A DNA stretch of 64,000 nucleotides from the NCBI GenBank assembly GCA_037305845.1, contig CP147778.1:864001-928000 (forward strand). The letters run 5' to 3'. The notes under the pieces were generated by a model. The model was not told the DNA's origin. It searched no databases and saw only the letters and a list, made by a program, of their open reading frames with translations. The position numbers and the translations under genes were made by a program. This document shows, one piece after another, positions 38,019 through 47,461 of the stretch. Numbering within the stretch: position 1 is the first letter of the stretch; each line of letters opens with the position of its first letter. The DNA is from Candidatus Freyarchaeum deiterrae. Its GTDB lineage: Archaea; Asgardarchaeota; Jordiarchaeia; Jordiarchaeales; Jordiarchaeaceae.

Positions 38019-38466
38019 CGAACCACCCCACCATACAAAGTACTGTTAATTGATGGCATTATTTGTTATTTTTAAGCTTGGTATTACTGTTGTAATACCT
38101 AGATAATTCAATTCATATTAACGATAGGAAAATTAATTTCCATGTTCTTCAATAATTAACTTATTTTTAGGAATGAAGGGAGTTTTTATGATGGTATACA
38201 GTGTACGGAGTCAAATTCGAATCTGAGAAGATCGATGACCCCGATCCTCCATCAATTGAAAGAAATAGGGCAATATACAAACTACATAACTCAGAACATT
38301 GCGAAGTATCCTGCCAAACCTTGAAACTCTGTTAAAGACCTCCATCGACGAGAGAGTGATCTTCTAAACCAGTAGCGTCACTACAGACCCCGGCTCATCC
38401 TGCCTGTTACTTATAATGCGACCGTTTCCTCGAATCGAGAGCAAGGCGCTCCTAAGCAGTGGAACT

Positions 38467-38504
38467 AAAAAAAGGTAGTGAGAGACTATCCCCGGTCTCT
38501 CTCA
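38467..38504 (-). terminator. Hairpin plus U-tract downstream of the HNH gene
   Basis: GAGAGAC-N8-GTCTCTC (38480-38501) followed on the minus strand by a T7 run. Confidence 0.5.
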
Positions 38505-38593
38505 GGAATTCTAACATGCTTTCTCGGTGTTAATGCGGGGTCTGGTTTACCCCATCAAGCATATCGTCGTTTCCTGTTGTCTTGTTCTTGAGT

Positions 38594-38941
38594 TTATCCT
38601 GATGCTCCTTTCCCCATCTTACGCTTTGAAACTTCGGCTTTGTAAGCCTTCGTGTCAGTGACAACATTCGGATTCATCGCCTTAAAATCAAGCAGATGAC
38701 CGAAAATCAGGTGGTCGTTGTGACTCTTCGACTCGCATAGTGTTATCAAGTTGGTTGGATCCAGCTCTTTTTTCGGGTCAATGTGGAAAGGCATTATATG
38801 GTGGACCTCAAGATGCTTATTTGAGCCACACGCCGCGCATGTTCCATGCGTTTTTAGGTGCGCTTTCCTCACTTCAGGCCACTGTGAGCTTCGCTTGTTA
38901 CCGTACGCTCTTTTCCTTACATGATACCAATGGAATACCAT
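38594..38941 (-). CDS. Small stand-alone HNH endonuclease
   Basis: W..VR...L...CAACG...LEVHHI.P...NLITLC...H motif. Confidence 0.88.
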   Translation of the reverse strand: MVFHWYHVRKRAYGNKRSSQWPEVRKAHLKTHGTCAACGSNKHLEVHHIMPFHIDPKKELDPTNLITLCESKSHNDHLIFGHLLDFKAMNPNVVTDTKAYKAEVSKRKMGKGASG

Positions 38942-39249
38942 GACTTCTCAATCCTCCTACAATGAATTGAAACAAGTTCAGGTTTTTATCTAAAATATTT
39001 GTGTTCTTTATCTAAAAAACTTTTCTAACGAATGCGGGTTAGCTGAGAAATCCAGTGTCCTTGGCCAGATGATATACTATGCCACCGGGAATTGTAGGCA
39101 TGACGCAATATGAGGGATTCAGACAAGTGGTGTGAACAACATAATTTGCTGAAATTTTATTAAGGTAAGTTTTTTAAAGCTTGAATTTGTTTGTAGAATA
39201 AAGAGTCGAACAAACACGTTTTGTTTGTTTGGTTGGTTGAGGGTATGGT

Positions 39250-39846
39250 ATGACGAAACAAGAAATAATTAGGAGTCCGGATACGGAAAGGAAGAATAGA
39301 GTTCCTCCGGGTCAGAGAGTCACGGATAAATGGCCGGTTCTTCAGTATGGAGGAGTGCCCAAAATTGATGTTTCTAAGTGGACATTTAGAATTTGGGGTT
39401 TAGTGAAAGAGGAAAGAGAGCTTAACTTTGAGGAGTTCATGGCGCTTCCACGGGTGAAAGTTTTTTCGGATATTCACTGTGTTACTACCTGGTCTAAACT
39501 TGACAATCTCTGGGAGGGCGTAAGTACCAGCGCCATAAAAGAACTCGTTGATATACTTCCCAAAGCTAAATTCGTTATGGTTCATTCTGTCGGAGATTGG
39601 ACAACAAATCTATCTATTAGTGATTTCTTCCAACCAGATGTCTTATTCGTCGTTAAATACAATAATGAAACGCTTACACCCCAACACGGCTATCCGGTGA
39701 GACTTGTAGTTCCAAGGCTTTATTTCTGGAAAAGCGCCAAATGGGTTATAGGTGTTGAGTTTATGGAAAAAGATAAGAGGGGATTCTGGGAATCAGGCGG
39801 ATACCACAACCACGGTGATCCATGGAAAGAAGAGAGATTTGGTTAG
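39250..39846 (+). CDS. Sulfite-oxidase-like molybdopterin oxidoreductase
   Basis: PPGQ, DIHCVTTWS, HGYPVRLVVP, YFWKSAKW, GFWE..GYH. Confidence 0.9.
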   Translation: MTKQEIIRSPDTERKNRVPPGQRVTDKWPVLQYGGVPKIDVSKWTFRIWGLVKEERELNFEEFMALPRVKVFSDIHCVTTWSKLDNLWEGVSTSAIKELVDILPKAKFVMVHSVGDWTTNLSISDFFQPDVLFVVKYNNETLTPQHGYPVRLVVPRLYFWKSAKWVIGVEFMEKDKRGFWESGGYHNHGDPWKEERFG

Positions 39847-39938
39847 CTAACTCTAATCGCAAAAGTACACTTTTATCTAGCAGCGTTTTCTAATTGAGTG
39901 TAAGTCATGACACAAATTCTGCTTCCATAAGATTTGGC

Positions 39939-40012
39939 ATGTTAAAAGAAGAACGAATGGAGCATCAAAGAATATGCAAAGGAAATTACTGGGTGACGAC
40001 GTAGCGCAATAG
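39939..40012 (+). pseudogene. Remnant of the C-terminus of a trehalose-6-phosphate synthase domain
   Basis: MLKEERMEHQR, a frameshift, then MQRKLLGDDVAQ* in frame with the phosphatase; resembles the last helices of TPS. Confidence 0.55.
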
Positions 40013-40834
40013 GTGAACGAATTGAACAATGATAAGAATTTTCAGACTGAGTTAGATGCAAAAAAACTTACCCGCGAAATGAGGAAAAAATTAATCGATG
40101 ATTATCTTAAAAGCTGTAAACGTTTAATTTTATTGGATTATGACGGCACTCTTATTCCATTTGCTTCAAAGCCTAAAGAGGCGAAGCCCGATATTGAGCT
40201 CATAAAATTGCTTAGAGTACTCACTCGAGAACCCAGAAACGAAGTGATAATTATAAGCGGACGAGGAAAAGGAACACTAGATATGTGGCTGGATAGATTT
40301 GATGTTGGGTTAACCGCGGAGCATGGGGCTTGGGTGAAGGATAAGGGATGTACGTGGGAGATTATTAAGCCTTTGAGAAACGATTGGAAGAAAGAATTAC
40401 GACCTATACTCGAATCATGCGCGGATAAAACACCTGGCTCTTTTGTCGAAGAAAAAGAGTTTTCCCTAGCTTGGCACTACCGAATGGCTGATACTGAGCT
40501 GAGTGCAACGAATGGAAGAGATTTAAAGGATGCTCTACTGAAACTAGTTGCAAGTCTTGACCTTGGGGTTTTAGAAGGAAATAAAATAATTGAGGTTAAA
40601 AACGCGGGTATAGATAAGGGGATTGCTGCGTCCCATTGGTTATCGAAGGAAAAATGGGACTTTATTCTTGCAATAGGTGATGATATGACGGACGAAGACA
40701 CTTTTGCAGCTCTCCCCGAGTCAGCATACACTATCAAAGTTGGCTCGGGATCATCAAAAGCTAGGTTCAATTTGAATTCCGCAATGGATGTAAGATCACT
40801 ACTAAAAGAGTTGTTGGGGCCACAGTACGCCTAG
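40013..40834 (+). CDS. otsB: Trehalose-6-phosphate phosphatase (HAD family)
   Basis: LDYDGTL, ISGR, AEHG, WHYR, EVK...KG, GDDMTDED. Confidence 0.9.
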   Translation: MNELNNDKNFQTELDAKKLTREMRKKLIDDYLKSCKRLILLDYDGTLIPFASKPKEAKPDIELIKLLRVLTREPRNEVIIISGRGKGTLDMWLDRFDVGLTAEHGAWVKDKGCTWEIIKPLRNDWKKELRPILESCADKTPGSFVEEKEFSLAWHYRMADTELSATNGRDLKDALLKLVASLDLGVLEGNKIIEVKNAGIDKGIAASHWLSKEKWDFILAIGDDMTDEDTFAALPESAYTIKVGSGSSKARFNLNSAMDVRSLLKELLGPQYA

Positions 40835-40853
40835 TTGAAGTATTACAGGAAAA

Positions 40854-41150
40854 TTATGAAAGGTAGGATCTCATTTCATCAATGTCAGGAAATATTTTAA
40901 AAAACATGTTTAAGCGAGTCTCCAACTCTTTCATTCCCTTTTTTGTTAGGGAGTAACTTTTATTTTCATCAATTGAAAGCAAGTCCGCGTCTTTTAGATT
41001 TTTTAGTACGGGATATATTGTGCCGGGACTTAGTTTTCTCCCCTTTCTTTTTTCTAGTTCTGAGGTTATTTCTACTCCAGTCATGTTTTTTTTACTGACC
41101 AGCCACAGTATGAGAAAAGTGAGAAAGCCCTTCATCTTTTGATGAGACAT
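40854..41150 (-). CDS. PadR-family transcriptional regulator
   Basis: MKGFL..LIL, SPGTIYPVL, YSLTKKG. Confidence 0.88.
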   Translation of the reverse strand: MSHQKMKGFLTFLILWLVSKKNMTGVEITSELEKRKGRKLSPGTIYPVLKNLKDADLLSIDENKSYSLTKKGMKELETRLNMFFKIFPDIDEMRSYLS

Positions 41151-41475
41151 ATCTGAATATGACGGATGATTGATATTAAGATTTTCGGCTGCATAACTAA
41201 TATCGGTTTACCGACAGTCTTATATACCAATAAAATATTTTGAATATTGTATTTCTGATAGCCGAACCGCGCCATATTTGTTCTGATGAAAAATATATGT
41301 GCCATAAAATATTATGGCTGAGATTTCATCATGGCGGAGTAAAAGATAGGTAAACTAAAAGAATAGAAAGAAGATTTGGATAGTGAAAGCAAAGGCTTTC
41401 AGGAAACTATTTCAAAATTGAAGAAAGCCCAATTAAATTGAACCAACTTTTTATACCATCAAGTGGATGATGCAG

Positions 41476-42009
41476 ATGAGTAAACAAGATAAAATTTGGA
41501 TTAAGCGATCCTATGAGAATTGTAGTGGATGCAGAAGATGCGTGATTGCTTGTTCGCTTTATCATGAGGGAAAAATTTGGCCTGAAGCTTCAAGAATAAG
41601 GGTTTTCATGCTTGTACCGGGAGTTGAAATTCCCCATTTATGCTTCCAATGCGAGGGTTACCCATGTGTTAAAGAATGCCCAGAAGGGGCCCTATCCATA
41701 AGCAATCAAACTGGGGCGGTGAAAGTGGATGTTTCGAAGTGCACCGCATGCGGTCTGTGCATAAATGCTTGCCCAGGCAATGTTCCGCACCTCCATCCAG
41801 AAGGTAACCGTATTGTTATCTGCGATCTGTGTGATGGAGAGCCAGAATGCGTCAAAGCATGCCAAGAGGGTAAATGGAATACTTTAACGATTATTCCAAG
41901 AGAGAAAGGAGTCTCCCGTAAGGCTTTATCCAAAACACCTCAAGAACTCACCCACGAGGTTGCCAAACAAATTCTTGGAGAAGAAATTGCAAAGGAGGTT
42001 TTAGACTGA
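41476..42009 (+). CDS. 4Fe-4S dicluster small subunit (copy 1)
   Basis: Four Cys clusters; start MSKQD chosen by comparison with copy 2. Confidence 0.9.
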   Translation: MSKQDKIWIKRSYENCSGCRRCVIACSLYHEGKIWPEASRIRVFMLVPGVEIPHLCFQCEGYPCVKECPEGALSISNQTGAVKVDVSKCTACGLCINACPGNVPHLHPEGNRIVICDLCDGEPECVKACQEGKWNTLTIIPREKGVSRKALSKTPQELTHEVAKQILGEEIAKEVLD

Positions 42010-43889
42010 TGAAAGGCTACGCTGGAAAATTCTTGGAAATAGATCTCACCAAGGGAAACATTGAGGAAATAAAGTTACCGGACGAGGTTCAAAGAGATTA
42101 TGTCGGAGGAAGAGGTTTAGCCACAAAGATATTATGGGATAGACTTGGCAAAAACTGGGAGACAGTAGATCCGTTAGGTCCGGATAATATTCTACTCGTG
42201 CTTACAGGACCTTTGACGGGATATTTCCCGGGAGCCAGGGTTTGTGTTTCAGGGAAGTCGCCTCAAAGCAATGGTGTAATAGGCTCGACGATTTCAGGTG
42301 AGTTTGGAGTAGACTTGAAATGCGCAGGTTACGACGGCCTAATAATAACGGGAAAGGCGGAAAATCCGTGTTACATATTCATATGCGACAACCAAGTCGA
42401 AATTAAAGACGCCTCACCTATCTGGGGTAAAAAGGCAAGGGAAACCGTACGTTATCTTGTCAAAGAATCAATTGAGCAAATTAAAAGTATTCGACCAAAC
42501 TATGGAGAAGTAGTTGACCCCTCAATTCTTTATATTGGCCCAGCTGGAGAGAACAAGACTAGGATTGCAGTTGTTGGCTCTAAGTATGCGCATGCTGCGG
42601 GCTACGGAGGATATGGTGGAGTAATGGGATCTAAAAACCTTAAGGCAATAGTCGCGAAGGGTTTTGGTCCACTACCTGACATTTATGATAAAGAAAAAAC
42701 GTTGAATTTAGCCCACGAATTTTCAGAAAAATGTTTTAAAAACGAATACTTTAGACGCTTCGGAACTGGTGGAGGAGGCTACACGTTTGGAGCCGGAACA
42801 AGCTCCGAGCCTGTCAGAAACTGGCAGAGTGAATGGCATGATGAAGCGAGTTATAAGGGAGAAGAATTCGACAAGTTATGGGTTAAGAAAAACTGGGGAG
42901 ACTTCGGTTGCCCGACTACATGCCTTAAGCTTGCGGTGTTGAAAACTGGAAAGTATAAGGGGGCAATATGTGACAATCCGGATTATGAGCTTGAGGCTTT
43001 TTGGGGACCAAACATTGGGATATTCACTCCAGAGGATAACATCTACTTAGCATATTCTATTGAGGAGCTTGGCTTTTGCGGAATTCAGGGCGGATCAGTC
43101 ATGGGATTCGCAGCAGAACTTTACGAGAAGGGAATACTAACGGAAGAAGATTTAGATGGAATAAAGCTTGAATGGGGGAACACCCAAGCCTTCGCAGCAC
43201 TAGCCGAAAAAATAGCTCTTAGACAGGGGATCGGCGACATCCTAGCCGAAGGAGTCTATAGAGCAGCCCTAAAGCTTGGAGAAATGAAAGGTGTTGATTT
43301 GCTCCAGTACGCCGTTCAAGAGAAAGGCATGTCCATAGGAGCACACGGACTTAGGAGCGGAAACGACTTCATTTCAAGTAACATTGCTTACGCGTGCTCA
43401 GTCCAAGCCGGAGATCACACATCGGGGACAGGTCTGCCACTTGATAGTAGTGACAGCGAGCTATTCACAATAATGCATGACTCGGCTGTTTACTGCTTCT
43501 TCGATGCAATGCAGCTTGAAGACACAGACATATTCAACTTTTACGAGACAGTAACAGGACAGAAACTAACAAAAGAGGAATGGTACCATGAAAAGGCACT
43601 AAGAATACTGCAGATGCAAAGAGCCGTGCTACTTTTAGGAGGACCAGACGCCAAGTGGAAACCCAAAATAGACGATGATAATCCGCCGAGGTTCTGGGAG
43701 CCACTACCCTCAGGACCCAGCAAGGGAAAAACATTGGATAGAGAAGAGTTTGAAGAAGCTAGGCTTGAATACTTTGATGCTGCTGGCTGGGACGAAAATG
43801 GAGTGCCTAAACCAGAAACGCTAAGAAAACTCGGCCTGAAAGATTTGGAAGCTAAGCTTAGGGAAGTAGACTTAATCAAGTCCAATTAA
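42009..43889 (+). CDS. Tungsten oxidoreductase large subunit, WOR5/GOR-like (copy 1)
   Basis: GGRGLATKILW..LG..WE.VDPL, KSPQSNG, HAAGYGGYG, DFGCPTTC, NPDYE. Confidence 0.88.
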   Translation: MKGYAGKFLEIDLTKGNIEEIKLPDEVQRDYVGGRGLATKILWDRLGKNWETVDPLGPDNILLVLTGPLTGYFPGARVCVSGKSPQSNGVIGSTISGEFGVDLKCAGYDGLIITGKAENPCYIFICDNQVEIKDASPIWGKKARETVRYLVKESIEQIKSIRPNYGEVVDPSILYIGPAGENKTRIAVVGSKYAHAAGYGGYGGVMGSKNLKAIVAKGFGPLPDIYDKEKTLNLAHEFSEKCFKNEYFRRFGTGGGGYTFGAGTSSEPVRNWQSEWHDEASYKGEEFDKLWVKKNWGDFGCPTTCLKLAVLKTGKYKGAICDNPDYELEAFWGPNIGIFTPEDNIYLAYSIEELGFCGIQGGSVMGFAAELYEKGILTEEDLDGIKLEWGNTQAFAALAEKIALRQGIGDILAEGVYRAALKLGEMKGVDLLQYAVQEKGMSIGAHGLRSGNDFISSNIAYACSVQAGDHTSGTGLPLDSSDSELFTIMHDSAVYCFFDAMQLEDTDIFNFYETVTGQKLTKEEWYHEKALRILQMQRAVLLLGGPDAKWKPKIDDDNPPRFWEPLPSGPSKGKTLDREEFEEARLEYFDAAGWDENGVPKPETLRKLGLKDLEAKLREVDLIKSN

Positions 43890-43929
43890 ATCTAATCAAC
43901 TTTTTATAGCATGTAGTGGATGATGCAGT

Positions 43930-44463
43930 ATGAGTAAACAGGATAAAATTTGGATTAAGCGATCCTATGAGAATTGTAGCGGATGCAGAAGATGCGTGAT
44001 TGCTTGTTCACTTTATCATGAAGGAAAAATTTGGCCTGAAGCTTCAAGAATAAGGGTTTTCATGCTTGTTCCAGGAGTGGAAATTCCCCACTTATGCTTC
44101 CAATGCGAGGGTTACCCATGTGTTAAAGCGTGTCCAGAGGATGCTCTATCCGTAAATAATAAAACGGGAGCGGTGAAAGTGGATGTTTCGAAGTGCACCG
44201 CATGCGGAGATTGCATAACTGCTTGTCCGGGGAAAATTCCGCACCTCCATCCAGCAGAGAACCACATTGTCATCTGCGACTTATGTGATGGATCGCCAAA
44301 ATGCGTGGAAGCATGCCAAGAGGGCAAATGGAATACTTTAATGCTTATTACAAGAGAGAAGGGAGTATCCCGTAAAGCTTTATCCAAAACGCCCCAAGAA
44401 CTCACCCATGAGGTTGGTAAGCTAATTCTTGGAGAAGAAATTTTAAAGGAGGTCATAGATTGA
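43930..44463 (+). CDS. 4Fe-4S dicluster small subunit (copy 2)
   Basis: Highly similar to 41476..42009. Confidence 0.9.
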   Translation: MSKQDKIWIKRSYENCSGCRRCVIACSLYHEGKIWPEASRIRVFMLVPGVEIPHLCFQCEGYPCVKACPEDALSVNNKTGAVKVDVSKCTACGDCITACPGKIPHLHPAENHIVICDLCDGSPKCVEACQEGKWNTLMLITREKGVSRKALSKTPQELTHEVGKLILGEEILKEVID

Positions 44464-46337
44464 TTAAGGGCTATGCTGGAAAATTCTTAGAGGTAGATCT
44501 CACTAGCGGAAACATTGAAGAAACAAAGTTACCAGACGAGGTTCTAAAAGATTATATTGGCGGAAGAGGTTTAGCCACAAAGATATTGTGGGATAGACTT
44601 AGCAAAAACTGGGAGACAGTAGATCCATTAAGTCAAGATAATATTCTGCTCGTGCTTACAGGGCCTTTGACAGGATATTTCCCAGGAACCAAGGTTTGTG
44701 TTTCAGGAAAGGCTCCACACATGAACGGTGTAATAGGCTCTACGATTGCAGGCGAGTTTGGAGTAGACCTGAAATGCGCAGGTTATGACGGCCTAATAAT
44801 AACGGGAAAGGCGGAAAAGCCGAGCTACCTATTCATATGCGACAACCAAGTCGAAATTAAAGACGCTTCGCCTATCTGGGGTAAAAAGGCAAGGGAAACC
44901 GTACGTTTTCTGGTTAAAGAATCAATCGAGGAAGTTAAAGGTATTCGACCAAACTACGGAGAAGTAGTTGACCCCTCAATTCTTTATATTGGCCCCGCCG
45001 GAGAGAACAAGACTAGGATTGCAGCTGTCAGCTCTAAGTACGCGCATGCCGCGGGCTACGGAGGATATGGCGGAGTTATGGGAGCTAAAAACCTGAAGGC
45101 AATAGTCGCAAAGGGTTTTGGTCCACTACCTGACGTTTATGATAATGAGGGAATGTTGAAGTTAGTCCATGAATTTTCAGAAAAGAATTTTAAAAACGAA
45201 TTTTTTAGACGGTGGGGAACTGGGCAAGGATGCTGGATGTTTGGAAACATGACCAGTTCTGAGCCTATCAGAAACTGGCAGAGTGAATGGCATGATAACG
45301 AGAGTTATAAGGGAGAAGAATTCGACAAATTCTGGGTTAAGAAAAACTGGGGAGACTTCGGCTGTCCTGTTACATGCCTTAAGCTTGCGGTGTTGAAAAC
45401 TGGAAAGTATAAGGGGGCAATATGCGACAATCCGGATTATGAGCTTGAAGCTTTTTGGGGACCAAACATTGGGGTATTCACTCCAGAGTATAACATCTAT
45501 CTAGCATCCTATATTGAGGAGCTTGGTTTTTGCGGGATTCAGGGCGGATCAGTCATGGGATTCGCAGCGGAACTCTATGAGAAGGGAATACTAACGGAAG
45601 AAGATTTAGGTGGAATAAAGCTTGAATGGGGGAACGTTGAAGCCTTCGCAGCACTAGCCGAAAAAATAGCTCTTAGACAGGGGATTGGCAACATCCTAGC
45701 TGAAGGAGTCTATAGAGCAGCCCTAAAGCTTGGAGAAATGAAAGAGCTTGATTTACTCCAGTACGCCGTTCAAGAGAAAGGCATGTCCATAGGAGCACAC
45801 GGACTTAGGAGCGGAAAAGACTTCATTTCAAATACAATTGGTTATGCATGTTCGGTCCAAGCCGGAGACCACGGATCGGGGGCAAGTCTGCCGCTGGACA
45901 GTGGTCATAGCGAGCTATCCTTAATATGGCATGACTCCGCTGTTTACTGCCACTTCGATTCAATGCAACTTAAAGATAAAGAATTATTCAATTTTTACGA
46001 GACAGTAACAGGACGGAAACTAACAAGAGAAGAATGGTACAATGAGAAGGCACTAAGAATACTGCAACTGCAGAGAGCCGTGTTGCTTTTAGGAGGACCG
46101 GATGTAAAGTGGAAACCTAAAATGGATGACGATAATCCGCCGAGGTTCTGGGAGCCGCTACCCTCGGGACCCTATAAGGGAAAAACATTGGATAGAGAAA
46201 GGTTTGAAAAAGAGAGGGCTGAATACTTTAATGCTGTTGGCTGGGACGAAAACGGCGTGCCGAAACCAGAAACGCTGAGAAAACTCGGCCTGGAAGACTT
46301 GGAAGAGAAGCTTAGGGAAGAAGAGTTAATCCAGTAG
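44460..46337 (+). CDS. Tungsten oxidoreductase large subunit, WOR5/GOR-like (copy 2)
   Basis: Highly similar to 42009..43889. Confidence 0.88.
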   Translation: MIKGYAGKFLEVDLTSGNIEETKLPDEVLKDYIGGRGLATKILWDRLSKNWETVDPLSQDNILLVLTGPLTGYFPGTKVCVSGKAPHMNGVIGSTIAGEFGVDLKCAGYDGLIITGKAEKPSYLFICDNQVEIKDASPIWGKKARETVRFLVKESIEEVKGIRPNYGEVVDPSILYIGPAGENKTRIAAVSSKYAHAAGYGGYGGVMGAKNLKAIVAKGFGPLPDVYDNEGMLKLVHEFSEKNFKNEFFRRWGTGQGCWMFGNMTSSEPIRNWQSEWHDNESYKGEEFDKFWVKKNWGDFGCPVTCLKLAVLKTGKYKGAICDNPDYELEAFWGPNIGVFTPEYNIYLASYIEELGFCGIQGGSVMGFAAELYEKGILTEEDLGGIKLEWGNVEAFAALAEKIALRQGIGNILAEGVYRAALKLGEMKELDLLQYAVQEKGMSIGAHGLRSGKDFISNTIGYACSVQAGDHGSGASLPLDSGHSELSLIWHDSAVYCHFDSMQLKDKELFNFYETVTGRKLTREEWYNEKALRILQLQRAVLLLGGPDVKWKPKMDDDNPPRFWEPLPSGPYKGKTLDRERFEKERAEYFNAVGWDENGVPKPETLRKLGLEDLEEKLREEELIQ

Positions 46338-46428
46338 CTCGGCTTAGATTATAAAGTAAACATAATAGTGGTTCTGCAGAAGGATAAAACAGATCATCAA
46401 ATATGAGCATTTGCGTAGATATTCTAGA

Positions 46429-47385
46429 CTATTCATTCTCAGTATTGGAGTCCTTTATAGGATTTTTTAGAACCCCCAATTTTTCCAATGATGCTTCCAT
46501 AACGTCTCCCACTTTTAACAGTCGAGGTTCAGGTTTGGCGTATATTCCCACTCCTGAGGGAGTTCCTGTGGCGATGATGTCGCCTGGTTCAAGGGTCATG
46601 ACGTCGGATATGAATGATATTAGGTAGGGGATTTTGAAGAACATGTTTTTTGTAGAGCTGTCCTGCCTGATTTCTCCATTAACCTTCATTTGCATTTTTA
46701 GGTTTTGAGGATTGGATATCTGTTCCTTGAGCGTAAGGCAAGGACCCATGGGCGCGAATGTGTCGAAGCTTTTTCCGCGGAACCATTGGCCGTCGCCGAA
46801 CTGGATGTCTCTTGCGGATACATCGTTGAAAACAGAGTATCCGGCTACGTAATCGTAGGCTTTTTCCTCCGGGATTTCCCTTCCCTTCTTACCCATAACG
46901 ACTGCTAATTCAACCTCGTAATCTACCTTATCTGAGATTTTGGGATAGATTACTGGTTCCTCGTGTCCAATTATTGCAGTTGGCGGTTTTGAGAATAGGA
47001 TTGGTTTTTCCGGGGGTTTTAGTCCTCCCTCTTCTGCATGGTCAGAGTAGTTTAGCCCAAGGCAGATTATTTTTCTCGGATTTAGTACGGGAGCTTTTAT
47101 CTTAACTTGCCTGATATCGTTTACAATATCATCAAGTTTTTCGGGTTCACTCTTATACTGTTTTTTGATGAACTCAAAGATTTTCCTCGTAGCTTCTATT
47201 CCTGCTTCACCTGTATTTAGGAGTTCAATCATGTCACCGGGGATTTCGAATGCTAGATCCTTTTCCTCCGTTTTATACAGGTTGCAAGCGGAGACTAAAT
47301 CTATAATTTTGTTCTCTTGAAAGAGAACTCCAATCTTTAAAATTCCATTTTGAGAAAAGGTAACTAGTTTCATTCCTTTTTTCAA
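46429..47385 (-). CDS. Fumarylacetoacetate hydrolase family protein
   Basis: KIICLGLNYSDH, DYEVELAVV, NDVSARD, GKSFDTF, GDIIATGTPSG. Confidence 0.92.
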   Translation of the reverse strand: MKKGMKLVTFSQNGILKIGVLFQENKIIDLVSACNLYKTEEKDLAFEIPGDMIELLNTGEAGIEATRKIFEFIKKQYKSEPEKLDDIVNDIRQVKIKAPVLNPRKIICLGLNYSDHAEEGGLKPPEKPILFSKPPTAIIGHEEPVIYPKISDKVDYEVELAVVMGKKGREIPEEKAYDYVAGYSVFNDVSARDIQFGDGQWFRGKSFDTFAPMGPCLTLKEQISNPQNLKMQMKVNGEIRQDSSTKNMFFKIPYLISFISDVMTLEPGDIIATGTPSGVGIYAKPEPRLLKVGDVMEASLEKLGVLKNPIKDSNTENE

Positions 47386-47461
47386 CGCTCCTTTTCATAC
47401 TCTCTAATCGAAGATGAAAGAGGTGTTTTAAATAAGGTCTCTTTCTAGATTTGTTTTCTTT

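Larger units (their letters stand above)
41442..46337 (+). repeat. ~2.45-kb tandem duplication of promoter, ferredoxin and WOR gene
   Basis: Both units begin CAACTTTTTATA..AT..AGTGGATGATGCAG(T)ATGAGTAAAC (near 41444 and 43897) and are collinear throughout. Confidence 0.92.

Noticed and set aside
39030-39140. Possible tnpB/IS605 end remnant upstream of the HNH gene
   Set aside because: The resemblance is vague, with no terminal hairpin or coding remnant.
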